From Nanobdellati archaeon (lineage in GTDB: Archaea > EX4484-52 > GLR71): DNA of 64,000 bases. Below are positions 1 through 9,696 of the stretch, piece by piece. The notes below the pieces were generated by a model. It did no database searches. It saw nothing but the letters and a program-made list of their open reading frames with translations, and was not told where the DNA came from. How positions within the stretch are numbered: position 1 is the stretch's first letter; every line of letters starts with the position of its first letter. Where the stretch lies: the NCBI GenBank assembly GCA_019429005.1, contig JAHYJR010000005.1, positions 16,926 through 80,925 on the forward strand. Reading direction: 5' to 3'. The translations under genes and the position numbers were made by a program.

Positions 1-469
1 CAGATTTTGGTTTTGTTTCAGACACATTTTCTTCTCTAAACTTACTTGTTTTTTTAATATCTTTTGTATCCTTTGTTGTTTCTTTAGTCTTTTTATTTTT
101 TTTGTTTAAGGATGCAACACGGAGCTTATCATTTAAGTTTAATTTTGTTATTACTAAATTGGATGCTTTTGTTGGAACATGATATTCTGTACCATTTACT
201 TTATTTTTAACAATTCCTTTGATTGTAACTGTAGATTTTTTTACGTTTGTTGTTAGTACTTCACCCATTTGACCTTTAAAGTCGCCTCTTTTGATTATGA
301 CATCATCGCCACATTTTATACCGAAAGTTCTTCTTGTTGTGTCTTTTTGGATTTCTTTACTAAGATTAGCCTTAAGCATATTTCTTTTTATATGTAATGG
401 AGCATTTGCTACATAATTTCTTTGTTTTGTCGGATTTTTGGAGGATTTCCATTTATTTGACCATTTCAT
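1..469 (-). CDS. rpl24: 50S ribosomal protein uL24, runs off the window edge, Lys-rich C-terminal extension
   Basis: Manual translation from ATG at 469: MKWSNKWKSSKNPTKQRNYVANAPLH...GDDVIIKRGDFKG (KOW motif); follows uL14. Confidence 0.93.
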   Translation of the reverse strand, partial: MKWSNKWKSSKNPTKQRNYVANAPLHIKRNMLKANLSKEIQKDTTRRTFGIKCGDDVIIKRGDFKGQMGEVLTTNVKKSTVTIKGIVKNKVNGTEYHVPTKASNLVITKLNLNDKLRVASLNKKNKKTKETTKDTKDIKKTSKFREENVSETKPKS

Positions 470-487
470 AAAATTCATCTTCTATAA

Positions 488-886
488 TTATATTATGATT
501 CTTGCAATTTTACCAACAGCAGGGAATCTTTCAACAACTTCTTTAGCAACAATACCTTTGATTTCTTTACCCCTTGGTTCAAGTGTATCTTGTAATAATA
601 TAGCTGTATTTTCTGCAAATTTTATCCTGATTCCATTAGATCTTCGATATTCTGCTCTTTGAGTAACTATAACAGCTTTAACAACTTCATGTGCAATTTT
701 TTGGTTTCCTTTTTTTACAGCACAGACTACAACATCACCAACACCTGCTTTAGGTTGTCTTCCACGTACGCCTCTATAACCTCTAACAGATATGATTTCA
801 AGCATTTTTGCACCTGTATTATCTATACATTTAAGTGCAGAACCTACTTTCAAACCTTTTACAGTTTTTGTGCTTATTCCTTTCAT
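488..886 (-). CDS. rpl14: 50S ribosomal protein uL14
   Basis: CIDNTGAK, AVIVTQRAEYRR, IKFAENTA; likely start MKGIS. Confidence 0.97.
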   Translation of the reverse strand: MKGISTKTVKGLKVGSALKCIDNTGAKMLEIISVRGYRGVRGRQPKAGVGDVVVCAVKKGNQKIAHEVVKAVIVTQRAEYRRSNGIRIKFAENTAILLQDTLEPRGKEIKGIVAKEVVERFPAVGKIARIII

Positions 887-917
887 TAATATCAACTTAT
901 AATTATTTAATTTTTAT

Positions 918-1259
918 TTATAATTTGTCTATAATAACAAATGATTTTGTTTTACTTAATCGTCTACATTCGCCAAGTACAACCTTATCGCCTTCAACAA
1001 CATTCATACAAGGTGGATTGTGTGCAACAACAAGAGTTTTATGTTTTTCATATCGTTCATATTTTGTTAAATATATTACATAATTCCATTCAACAGTTAC
1101 AGTATTTTGTGCTTTTGATGATTTTACAACACCTTCGTGTATTCGACCTCTAATCTTTACAGATCCATGAAATGGACAGTTTGGATCATTACATGTCGTT
1201 TTTGGTGGATTTTTGATAGGTATTCCTATGTTTTTTACGGTATTATCATCTTTTTTCAT
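918..1259 (-). CDS. rps17: 30S ribosomal protein uS17
   Basis: CNDPNCPFHG, KYERYEK, GECRRLSKTKSF; GGTGA SD precedes ATG at 1259. Confidence 0.96.
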   Translation of the reverse strand: MKKDDNTVKNIGIPIKNPPKTTCNDPNCPFHGSVKIRGRIHEGVVKSSKAQNTVTVEWNYVIYLTKYERYEKHKTLVVAHNPPCMNVVEGDKVVLGECRRLSKTKSFVIIDKL

Positions 1260-1264
1260 ATCTG

Positions 1265-1555
1265 TCACCATGCATTATCCCATTTTTTTGGCATTTTTTT
1301 TTTAATTCTTTCTTCAGGTCTTCCATAAAGGAGTTTCCCATTAATTTCAATTTTGTTATTATCTCTTGTTATTATTTCAAAAACACAATTTTCTTTAATT
1401 ATTATTATTCTTTGGGTATCTGTTTGTATTGTTATTGTTTTTTTTGTTTCATCAATAATTTTTCCTTTTATATTTAAAATCATGTTATTTGTTGATTTTA
1501 TTATTTTTATTTCAAGACCTATTAACTCTGAACGTGGAAAATCTATGATTTTCAT
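1265..1555 (-). CDS. rnp1: RNase P protein component 1 (Rpp29/Pop4)
   Basis: ELIGL, GKIIDETKKT, GRPEERIKK; canonical operon position. Confidence 0.93.
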   Translation of the reverse strand: MKIIDFPRSELIGLEIKIIKSTNNMILNIKGKIIDETKKTITIQTDTQRIIIIKENCVFEIITRDNNKIEINGKLLYGRPEERIKKKMPKKWDNAW

Positions 1556-1574
1556 ATGATATTCCTTTTATTTT

Positions 1575-1880
1575 TTATGAGATGATACTTTCCTCACGGA
1601 AACCCAATTCAATAAGTACTTTTTTAACTTCTTCAATATGTTCTCCTTGAAGACCAATTATACCTTTTTTTGATGTTCCGCCACACGCAAGTTTACTTTT
1701 AAGTTTTTTAGTAAGTTCTTTTAAATTAATATCTTTTTCATCAATCCCTTGGATTATTGTCATATGTTTACGGAATCTTTTTTTCTCTAAATATATTTTT
1801 ATTTTTTGGCTTTCTTTTGTAATTACCTCACATACACAAAGGTCTGAAGGTAAACCACATTTATTGCATATATCTTGCAT
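1575..1880 (-). CDS. sui1: Translation initiation factor aIF1 (SUI1)
   Basis: CGLPSDLCVC, LKSKLACGGT, LQGEH. Confidence 0.96.
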   Translation of the reverse strand: MQDICNKCGLPSDLCVCEVITKESQKIKIYLEKKRFRKHMTIIQGIDEKDINLKELTKKLKSKLACGGTSKKGIIGLQGEHIEEVKKVLIELGFREESIIS

Positions 1881-1882
1881 TA

Positions 1883-2095
1883 TTATTTTGCCCCATTTGT
1901 TTGTTTTTCATTGTTGATTGTTAATATTCTTGCGATAGTTCTTTTAAGTTCTTTGATTCTTCCAGGATTATCAGCAACACCACCAACATCAATTTTACCC
2001 TTTTCTTTGAATAATTCAAGTTCAAATTCTTTGATTTTTGCATCAAGATCTTTATCGGACATGGATCTTATTTCTTTTGGTCGTAGTATTGCCAT
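1883..2095 (-). CDS. rpl29: 50S ribosomal protein uL29
   Basis: EIRSMS...NPGRIKELKRTIARILT. Confidence 0.96.
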   Translation of the reverse strand: MAILRPKEIRSMSDKDLDAKIKEFELELFKEKGKIDVGGVADNPGRIKELKRTIARILTINNEKQTNGAK

Positions 2096-2110
2096 TTTAA
2101 TAACCTATAT

Positions 2111-3052
2111 TTATTTTTTTATTTTCTCTGTTTCAGTTATTTTAGTAATATCATCTTTATTAGTAGTTGTTTTCTTTATTTCTTCAACAACTTCTTTTTT
2201 ATCTTTAACAGCTTCAGTTTTTGTAACTACTTCTTCTTTTACAGTATCTTTTTTATCGACTTTAGTATCTTTAACAGTTTCAGTTTTTGTAACTACTTCT
2301 TCTTTTGTAGTATCCTTTTTATCTTCAACTGTTTCTTTTTTAGTAGATACTTTTTCTTCTTTTGTTATATCTTCTTTATCTGCTTTTTTATCATCAACAA
2401 TTTCTTTTTTCATTGTTTTTTTATCAGCATCTTTATCTTCAACATTAATTTTAAATTTACCTTGCTTTATGTTTTTTTCAAGCATAATTGATGCAGGTAA
2501 GGTTTTCATAATTTTAACTTTTACACCAAGAACACCTGGTTTAAGTTTTGCAATACAAAAACTTTTATCAACATAATTTATAGCGATATCACCACATTTC
2601 TTGATATAGCCTCTTAAAAATTTATTTGATCTAGATCGTGCACCTGAGATTTTACCACTTATTGTTATTTCTGCACCAACTGCACCACTTGCAATAATCT
2701 TATCAAGGTACATATTTACAACACCCATTGATTTTGGTTTTCTTTCAAATGCTGCGGCAAGTCTTTTTGCAATTACTGCTGCATCTATATTTGGATCAAC
2801 AATGTTCTTAATATCTATTTGAGGATTTTTAAGTCTGAATCTATTTTTAAGTTCATTTGTAAGTATTTGTATGTTTTTCCCAGCACGACCTATTGCGATA
2901 CCAGGTCTTCCAACATATATAGACAATCTTGTACTAACAGGTGTTATTTTCAAATCAGTATGACTATATTCAGCAGCACTAAGTAAGTCATTTAGGTATT
3001 TTTCAACTTCCTGAGTCTTGATTCCATCTTCAATAAATTTTCTCTCAATCAT
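2111..3052 (-). CDS. rps3: 30S ribosomal protein uS3 with a ~110-aa K/E/D/T-rich tail
   Basis: KH motif RPGIAIGRAG, GAEITISGK, KPGVLGVKVKIM. Confidence 0.97.
   Translation of the reverse strand: MIERKFIEDGIKTQEVEKYLNDLLSAAEYSHTDLKITPVSTRLSIYVGRPGIAIGRAGKNIQILTNELKNRFRLKNPQIDIKNIVDPNIDAAVIAKRLAAAFERKPKSMGVVNMYLDKIIASGAVGAEITISGKISGARSRSNKFLRGYIKKCGDIAINYVDKSFCIAKLKPGVLGVKVKIMKTLPASIMLEKNIKQGKFKINVEDKDADKKTMKKEIVDDKKADKEDITKEEKVSTKKETVEDKKDTTKEEVVTKTETVKDTKVDKKDTVKEEVVTKTEAVKDKKEVVEEIKKTTTNKDDITKITETEKIKK
2200..2320 (-). repeat. 66-nt coding duplication in the uS3 tail
   Basis: KKDTTKEEVVTKTETVKD / KKDTVKEEVVTKTEAVKD, near-identical DNA. Confidence 0.85.
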
Positions 3053-3063
3053 AATAAATAACC

Positions 3064-3510
3064 CTATTTTAACGATTCTTCTACGACTATATGTACAGTA
3101 GCACTTTTTGACTGTCGTCTTCCAAAAGATCTTCGACCTCGACTAAAATGTCGACCACTATTTGCCTGTGCATTTTTAATTCTTAATTTATCTTTATTTA
3201 ATCCTTTATTTTCTGCATTATTTTTTGCATTTTTAAGTAATTTAACAATTTCAATTGATGCATTAACAGGATATCGACCAGTTCGCATATTACCTTTTCT
3301 ATGAGCTTGATGTGTTACAAATTTTACAAAAGGTAATGCTTTATTTATTTGGATGACATCTTCAAGATATTTAATTGCAAAATCTATTTTTTTACCAGTT
3401 ATGAAATTACATATCTCAATTGAACTTTTATGTGATATTCGTATATTTTCTCCTGCAGCATTTGCTGTTTTTTTTGGATCTGCTTTTAAAGGATAGTTGA
3501 TTTTTGTCAT
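3064..3510 (-). CDS. rpl22: 50S ribosomal protein uL22
   Basis: RISHKSSIEIC, GRYPVNA, LLKNAKNNAENKGL. Confidence 0.96.
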   Translation of the reverse strand: MTKINYPLKADPKKTANAAGENIRISHKSSIEICNFITGKKIDFAIKYLEDVIQINKALPFVKFVTHQAHRKGNMRTGRYPVNASIEIVKLLKNAKNNAENKGLNKDKLRIKNAQANSGRHFSRGRRSFGRRQSKSATVHIVVEESLK

Positions 3511-3528
3511 TTATATCACATATATTAA

Positions 3529-3948
3529 TTATTTTAGCGGAACGAATTTACTGGATTTTGTTGCACCTTGACCTACACCACTGTGTTTTGTTGATTTTCG
3601 TGTCATTGCAAATTCACCAAGTCTGTGTCCTAACATATCTTCTACAATGTCTACAGACACAAATTCTTTTCCATTATATATACCCATTTTTTTACCTACC
3701 ATAGCTGGTATGACTATCATATCTCTTGCATGTGTCTTTATAAAACTTTTTGTTTCATCTTTTACAGTTTTAATAAGTTTCTTTTCAATTTCAGTAAAAC
3801 CTCTAGTACTTTTTCTTCTCTCTCTACTAGGTACTAATTTAGCGAACTCTTCAAGACTTAATTCTTTAAGAGTTTCTATTGTTTTACCTCTATAAGTGAA
3901 TATTCTTTTTCCAAATTCATTTTTCAATTCAGTCCTTTTTGAAACCAT
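3529..3948 (-). CDS. rps19: 30S ribosomal protein uS19
   Basis: [22 protein letters not shown]. Confidence 0.97.
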   Translation of the reverse strand: MVSKRTELKNEFGKRIFTYRGKTIETLKELSLEEFAKLVPSRERRKSTRGFTEIEKKLIKTVKDETKSFIKTHARDMIVIPAMVGKKMGIYNGKEFVSVDIVEDMLGHRLGEFAMTRKSTKHSGVGQGATKSSKFVPLK

Positions 3949-3962
3949 AAGTAATCACATTT

Positions 3963-4670
3963 TTATCTTTTCTTACCTGTTCTTCTTGCAGCAATAGAAC
4001 CGATCTTTGCACCAGGAGGTGCATGTCTACTTGATGTTTTAGGAACACCCATGTTACATCCACCGAATTTATGGTCTACAGCATTCATTGCTTTTGCACT
4101 TGTTCTTGGCCAGAGTTTACCTCTTGCCTTCATAGCATAAAATTTTGTTCCAGCCTGTCCAAATGGTTTTGTTTTTCTTTCACCACCAGCTACAACACCA
4201 ATTGTTGCTTTACATTTAGGATTGACTGTTTTTAGTTTTTTTGATGACATTTTTATTATTGTTTTATCTTCATCATGTGAAATTATTAAAGCGTAACCAC
4301 CAGAACTTCTTATGATACGACCACCATCTCCTGGTTTATTTTCAATATTAAATATTGGTGTACCTTCTGGAATATTTCCAATTGGTAAGATATTACCAAC
4401 ATCCAATTCAGCTTCAGTCCCAATTTCAATTTTCTTACCAGTATAACATCCTTCTGATAATAATATATAATCTTTTGTATTATCTGAATATAATATTGTT
4501 CCAAGTGGTGCATTTCTACTTGAATCATGTACTATGTCTGTTATGATTCCGCTCATAATAATACCTGGTGTAACTTTCTTATAACTTAATTCTGTTACAT
4601 AATTATGACTAGGGCATCTATATGTTGGAGATCCCCTACCCCTTCTTTGTGCTATAATCCTTTTACCCAT
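3963..4670 (-). CDS. rpl2: 50S ribosomal protein uL2
   Basis: MGKRIIAQRRGRG, AMNAVDH, AARRTG. Confidence 0.98.
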   Translation of the reverse strand: MGKRIIAQRRGRGSPTYRCPSHNYVTELSYKKVTPGIIMSGIITDIVHDSSRNAPLGTILYSDNTKDYILLSEGCYTGKKIEIGTEAELDVGNILPIGNIPEGTPIFNIENKPGDGGRIIRSSGGYALIISHDEDKTIIKMSSKKLKTVNPKCKATIGVVAGGERKTKPFGQAGTKFYAMKARGKLWPRTSAKAMNAVDHKFGGCNMGVPKTSSRHAPPGAKIGSIAARRTGKKR

Positions 4671-4691
4671 TTTTATTAACCTTTATTTTAT

Positions 4692-4943
4692 TTAGATTAT
4701 ACCTAATTTTGTTGCAATATCCATTGCACGAAATTCTGGTTTAAGTTTTATAAATGCTTTTTTTCGACCTTTTTGATCTATATTTACATTAATTTTTGCA
4801 ACTTTTATTTTAAACATTTCTTCAACAGCATTTTTTATATCTTCTTTTGTTGCTTTTAAATCTGCAATGAATACAAGTTCATTTTTTAATTCTATATTAC
4901 CGATTGCTTTTTCAGTCATATGTGTATGTTTTATTATTTTCAT
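4692..4943 (-). CDS. rpl23: 50S ribosomal protein uL23
   Basis: TEKA, IKNAVE, KKAFIKL. Confidence 0.96.
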   Translation of the reverse strand: MKIIKHTHMTEKAIGNIELKNELVFIADLKATKEDIKNAVEEMFKIKVAKINVNIDQKGRKKAFIKLKPEFRAMDIATKLGII

Positions 4944-4960
4944 ATTTATTACCCATTTTT

Positions 4961-5767
4961 TTAATAGAATAGGTTTTCTTTATCAAGTAAATCTATTGCG
5001 GATTTTGACCATAAAGTTAATCTACCTGGTGTTTTACCCGGAGCCAATAACTTTGTATTAATATCTTTAACTTTACAAATGTCAATACCTAATATATTTT
5101 CTGCTGCATTTTTAACATTTTTATCATCAGCAACAACTATTAGTACGCCTTTTTTTGTTTTATATTTCCTACCACGCATAGTACCTTTACCAGCACGTAC
5201 ACTTCTTTCAGATGTTCTTTTAAGGTCTTCTGTAAATCCAAGTTTGTTTAATATTTCAATAATTTCAGTTGTTTTTTTAATGTCTTCTAAATCATTTTCA
5301 ACAATTATTGGAAATTCTGTGATTGCTCCAATGTTATGTCCTCGTTTAATTATTAAATCTTTATTTGCTGTAGCTGCAATAGCACTTCTTATAGCGATTC
5401 TGTTCTCTTTTTTATTTATCTCTTTGACCCAAATCTTTTCAGCCATAGGAGGGTGTGCACGTCTACCTTTAACAGCTTCAGGTGATGTTCTAGCACGGCC
5501 AGTCAGATGTCCACTACCTACACGAATTCTACGTATACTTGCATAACCTTTGTTTGCCCAACTACCATATATACTTCGTCTACTAACATCCTTTGCAGAT
5601 GTTTTTTGTCCTGCTTCAGGCGATGTTCCATAAGGTTGTCTTAATTTACTTTCAATAGACATTACAGATCGTTTAACAAGATCATTTCTGATTGGTTCTG
5701 AAAATATAGGTGGTATAGTTATAGTACCTTTTTTTTCACCTTTTATTGAATATAATGTAGTTTTCAT
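4961..5767 (-). CDS. rpl4: 50S ribosomal protein uL4
   Basis: GRRAHPP, RAGKGTMRGR, LLAPG..PGRLT. Confidence 0.97.
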   Translation of the reverse strand: MKTTLYSIKGEKKGTITIPPIFSEPIRNDLVKRSVMSIESKLRQPYGTSPEAGQKTSAKDVSRRSIYGSWANKGYASIRRIRVGSGHLTGRARTSPEAVKGRRAHPPMAEKIWVKEINKKENRIAIRSAIAATANKDLIIKRGHNIGAITEFPIIVENDLEDIKKTTEIIEILNKLGFTEDLKRTSERSVRAGKGTMRGRKYKTKKGVLIVVADDKNVKNAAENILGIDICKVKDINTKLLAPGKTPGRLTLWSKSAIDLLDKENLFY

Positions 5768-5787
5768 AAAAATTCACTTATTTATGC

Positions 5788-6759
5788 TTATTGTTTACTT
5801 TCAAGAGATACATCCAAGAACGTATATTCATCTTTATCTTTTTTATCTCGAACAGCTGTTCTAATTATAATGAGTCTTTTTGATGGTCCTTGTACACTTC
5901 CTTTAACCAAAATATAATCATTTTTAACATTTCCATAATGTAACCAGCCACCATCTACATTGATGTTTTCTGGTTCAGAGCCTATTTTAACAATTTTTTT
6001 GTTGAGTTCAACTCTATTGAAGTATCCTAATTGACCTGGTTGTGCAATAGTCCAACTTGTTTTATGTGGGTGGAATGGTCCTAAATTTCCAGGTTTTCTT
6101 CTATGTTTTTGTGATTTTGCTGCAAGTCTTTTCACACCAAATCGTTTTACAGCACCTTGTAGACCTTTTCCTTTAGTCACACCAAGCGAATCAACATAAT
6201 CACCATCTTTGAAGATTTCACTGATTTTCATTTCATTGCCAAGTTTTTCTTCTGCAAATTTAAGTTTTTCTTCATTATTATTTCCTGAAACTTCAATTTC
6301 TAAGATTTCTGATTTCTTTTTACCAATACCTGTTTTATTAGGCATTGTTTGTATTATAAGTCTGATATTAGTGATTTTATCAAGATTTTTTTGTATGTCT
6401 TTTATATTTGTTTTTTTCTTGATTTTGATTTTACAATTTTTATCTAGTTTATCAGTCCATAAATCAGCAGAAACTTCAATACCACCAGTTTTTTTGGAAT
6501 AACTTCGAATACCTATTACTTTAATAGGTGGACATTCGATTACTGTAACTGGTATTGATATATCTTGACCGTGTGTAGTTGAGCCTTTTCGTAAATTTGT
6601 AACATTAGCATGAGTCATACCGACCTTATATCCTGCGAATTCGGTTAGTTTAATTTCATCAGATTCAGCTCTTGAATGAATTCTAGGATATATTCTTTTA
6701 GCTCTGCATTTCGGTAAATATCCTAATGAACCTCTTCTTGGATGGTGTGCTTTTCCCAT
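5788..6759 (-). CDS. rpl3: 50S ribosomal protein uL3
   Basis: HHPRRGSLG, GYKVGMTH, TKGKGLQG. Confidence 0.98.
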   Translation of the reverse strand: MGKAHHPRRGSLGYLPKCRAKRIYPRIHSRAESDEIKLTEFAGYKVGMTHANVTNLRKGSTTHGQDISIPVTVIECPPIKVIGIRSYSKKTGGIEVSADLWTDKLDKNCKIKIKKKTNIKDIQKNLDKITNIRLIIQTMPNKTGIGKKKSEILEIEVSGNNNEEKLKFAEEKLGNEMKISEIFKDGDYVDSLGVTKGKGLQGAVKRFGVKRLAAKSQKHRRKPGNLGPFHPHKTSWTIAQPGQLGYFNRVELNKKIVKIGSEPENINVDGGWLHYGNVKNDYILVKGSVQGPSKRLIIIRTAVRDKKDKDEYTFLDVSLESKQ

Positions 6760-6938
6760 GTTATCACGTATTTATTATATAATATAATTTATTTTGTTAT
6801 AATTATTATTTTTTGTATTGTTTATGGTCCTTTTATCAAGAACATCGTTTGTTATTCAAAAAATTTTACATACATCTTTTTAAATCTTGGCATAAGGTTC
6901 TTATACCAACAATAGAATATTATTTTTGTATCTTATAC

Positions 6939-6954
6939 TTTTATAAAGGTTTTG
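6939..6954 (-). promoter_or_regulatory. BRE/TATA promoter of the ribosomal operon
   Basis: Minus strand CAAAACCTTTATAAAA; the same motif recurs before several genes in the window. Confidence 0.6.
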
Positions 6955-7018
6955 ATTTTAGTAATCTTTTGAAGTATTTTTATTGTTTACTTTTGTTTTT
7001 TTTAAAATATGATTTTAT

Positions 7019-7543
7019 TTAAATCTTATCGGTACCAATGTTTCCGCCAAGATAGTTGCCTTTGTATAGTTTAGCATCTCCATCTATATTATAGAACATA
7101 ATATTTACAATTCTTGTTCCAAGTTCTATTGTGAATAATTTAGGACCTAAGTTTATAAGTCCATATGTACATTGTCCTGAATATCCAGGATCTCCAACAC
7201 CACATAGTATTTGGATACCACTTCTATAAAGTGTGGAACGGGGTATCATAACAAATGCAAGGTCCTTAGGACAATTTATTGTTTCTATAGTTTTTATAAC
7301 ATAATATTTTCCAGGTTCTAAGATAATTTGTGTTATTTTATTTTCATCAAATTTCCCAATCAGTTTTGTATCGGGTGTTTTTCTTTCATTTAAACCCATG
7401 TGGCCTGAACCTATAAGCTCATAAATCTCACCAATTCTAAGGTCAAAAGCAATACCACCCTCTTTTTCAAATTCGCTTTCTGGAAGATTTTCAACTATAT
7501 TTTTTTCTTTTACAAGTTCTTTTAATTTATTGAAACCAAGCAT
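7019..7543 (-). CDS. Trimeric dUTPase/dCTP deaminase family protein
   Basis: FDLRIG, PRSTLYRSG, GVGDPGYSG motifs. Confidence 0.88.
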   Translation of the reverse strand: MLGFNKLKELVKEKNIVENLPESEFEKEGGIAFDLRIGEIYELIGSGHMGLNERKTPDTKLIGKFDENKITQIILEPGKYYVIKTIETINCPKDLAFVMIPRSTLYRSGIQILCGVGDPGYSGQCTYGLINLGPKLFTIELGTRIVNIMFYNIDGDAKLYKGNYLGGNIGTDKI

Positions 7544-7602
7544 AATAGAAAATAGTTATAAACTTTTTTATGACTTTTGTTTAAGTTGATTTTTTGGTTA
7601 TT

Positions 7603-7647
7603 TTATTAGTGTATCTTATTAGTGTATCTTATTAGTGTATCTTATTA
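7603..7647. repeat. Tandem repeat TTATTAGTGTATC x3 plus a partial copy
   Basis: Three exact 13-nt copies. Confidence 0.9.
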
Positions 7648-7697
7648 TACTAAAAGACAATATACTATAATATATTAATTAAATTTATTATACAAAA

Positions 7698-8618
7698 TTA
7701 TACATAATCCATACAACAAGTTCCATCAATATCAACATCTTTGTAACTACACTTTTCGCAGATATATGTTTTTTGACGTGTGAGAGAAGAAATATCTGAT
7801 TCTTTAATTATTTCAAGGCACCTTTTTCCTACAATTTCAGCTTTTAACATAGCACTTTCGATATTGATCTCTTTTTTACGTCCATTGTAATTTAACATAT
7901 GTGGATGTTTATCATCAAAATAAGTATTTATGCCTGCGATTTTATTGAAATATTTAAGATTTGACCAATCATTGACAAGTATTGCCTCTGCTCCAAGTTG
8001 CACAATATCTGAATTATGCGCATAATAAGGTATTTTCGTTGAATCTAGCTTGAATTTAATCTCTTCTGTAATTACATTATTCATCTGTATGTGCACAAGG
8101 TCTGGAATACCTCTCAATAGGACCTTTGTGGAATCAAGTTCAATTATCTTTTGAAATGGTTCAATTCTCATTATTGTATAATGAGGTATACGTTCGTTTG
8201 CACAGTCTTCTATGGTTTGTTTTATGATATAATCAGAATAATCTTCTATTGAATCCAGTAAATCCGATTTTATATCATTTATATTGAGTGTGTTGTCTGA
8301 TACATCTTTAATCGCTTTTAATGCAGTTTCATTTAATTTGAATTTATCTTCAAAAAGGGTATCTATCATATTTTTAAGATATGTTTCACTATCAAGATTA
8401 TTATCTATAAAAAATTCAACCATTTGTTTGCTTTGTTCAATTTTTGAGACAATGTCATGTCCGATAGTTCCTAAGATTATTTTGACTTGATTTATATCTG
8501 AAAAGGCACTTTCTTTTTTTAAGATGTTCCATAAATAACTTCTTTCACAAAAATAACATTGTCGAATGGCTGTAGGTGTAAGATGCTCTATTTTATTAGT
8601 ATCATAAGGAGGTGTCAT
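7698..8618 (-). CDS. Solo Cas4-like PD-(D/E)XK nuclease with a probable 4-Cys Fe-S site
   Basis: YFCER, GTIGH, LRGIPDLV, EEIK, QLGAE, C-terminal CEKC...C. Confidence 0.75.
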   Translation of the reverse strand: MTPPYDTNKIEHLTPTAIRQCYFCERSYLWNILKKESAFSDINQVKIILGTIGHDIVSKIEQSKQMVEFFIDNNLDSETYLKNMIDTLFEDKFKLNETALKAIKDVSDNTLNINDIKSDLLDSIEDYSDYIIKQTIEDCANERIPHYTIMRIEPFQKIIELDSTKVLLRGIPDLVHIQMNNVITEEIKFKLDSTKIPYYAHNSDIVQLGAEAILVNDWSNLKYFNKIAGINTYFDDKHPHMLNYNGRKKEINIESAMLKAEIVGKRCLEIIKESDISSLTRQKTYICEKCSYKDVDIDGTCCMDYV

Positions 8619-9510
8619 ATGCTAGGACCCCCACATAATCTAAAAATTGTTCCATTTCAATCTTATCTTGTGTACCCTCTTTTGCAGTTGGGTTAAGTTT
8701 AAGTGTTGATTTTATCTTGTCATAGAATACAGTATGTATTTCGGTCTTTTGTAATTTTTCAATAATGTCATTATAACATTCAGGAATATTTTTTCTTTTA
8801 AGGTATGACACACACACATTTGCGACTTGATATGTGTCTAGATTCTCATCATCTAATTCATTTTTAAATTTTAATGCGATATCTTTAATTACTCCAGAAA
8901 GTAAGATTGCTATATCTTTTTTGAGTTCAAGACCTGTTTTTATATCTGTTTTGATTTTCTCAGCATAATTTTTATTGTCTGTTGTTGTTAGTGTTTCGAT
9001 TTTTATTGTTGTATATTTATCACAAATATCATAACTTTTTCGTGTCATGTTACCAGAATTATGATGGACCCATTCAAAACAATGTTTCTCTCTTTCAAAC
9101 ATCTGTTCTATCATAATATGTGGTAGGTTTTCTTCAGAATATGTTAATTCCACTTGATTGTATGATTTATCATATATGGAAAATCCAAACTCTTCAATTA
9201 CAGAAAATGGTATTTTTAAAGATGTTTCAATAAGGTCTTCAACGTTTTTTGATCTTTCTATAAGTTCCGTAAGATCTTTTGATTCATTTAGGTATCTTGC
9301 GACATAATTACCAATTCTTGATTTTTCATCTGATTTGATATCTTCAAAGCATTCTTGATATACTATAGAATTTAAGGTTCTTATTTGGTTTATGAATTCA
9401 TCTATATCAAAAACATCTGTTTGTTCTATTATAGGAGCTATAGATTCATTTAACTGTGTTCTTATTTCTCTGTCATATAGAGTTTTAAGTTGAGTTTCTA
9501 AGTTTGTCAT
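8602..9510 (-). CDS. Hypothetical helical protein overlapping the Cas4-like gene
   Basis: Long ORF (~300 aa), 17-nt overlap with the next gene, no recognised motif. Confidence 0.75.
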   Translation of the reverse strand: MTNLETQLKTLYDREIRTQLNESIAPIIEQTDVFDIDEFINQIRTLNSIVYQECFEDIKSDEKSRIGNYVARYLNESKDLTELIERSKNVEDLIETSLKIPFSVIEEFGFSIYDKSYNQVELTYSEENLPHIMIEQMFEREKHCFEWVHHNSGNMTRKSYDICDKYTTIKIETLTTTDNKNYAEKIKTDIKTGLELKKDIAILLSGVIKDIALKFKNELDDENLDTYQVANVCVSYLKRKNIPECYNDIIEKLQKTEIHTVFYDKIKSTLKLNPTAKEGTQDKIEMEQFLDYVGVLAYDTSL

Positions 9511-9696
9511 ACAAATCAATAGTATCTTTATAGTACCATTATGTTACAACATAAGTTTAAATATGTTGATTTTTTAATTAGATAATTTTAAATTTTAATT
9601 AAATAATTTTTAATTAGATTATACTATAATATACAGTGTGATTTTACATAAAGTATAATCTTAAAAGTCTTTTAAGAATTAATTTTTGTATGTGTT

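Noticed and set aside
1875-2576. 233-aa hydrophobic plus-strand ORF and similar antisense ORFs throughout
   Set aside because: Shadows of Lys/Glu-rich genes on the opposite strand
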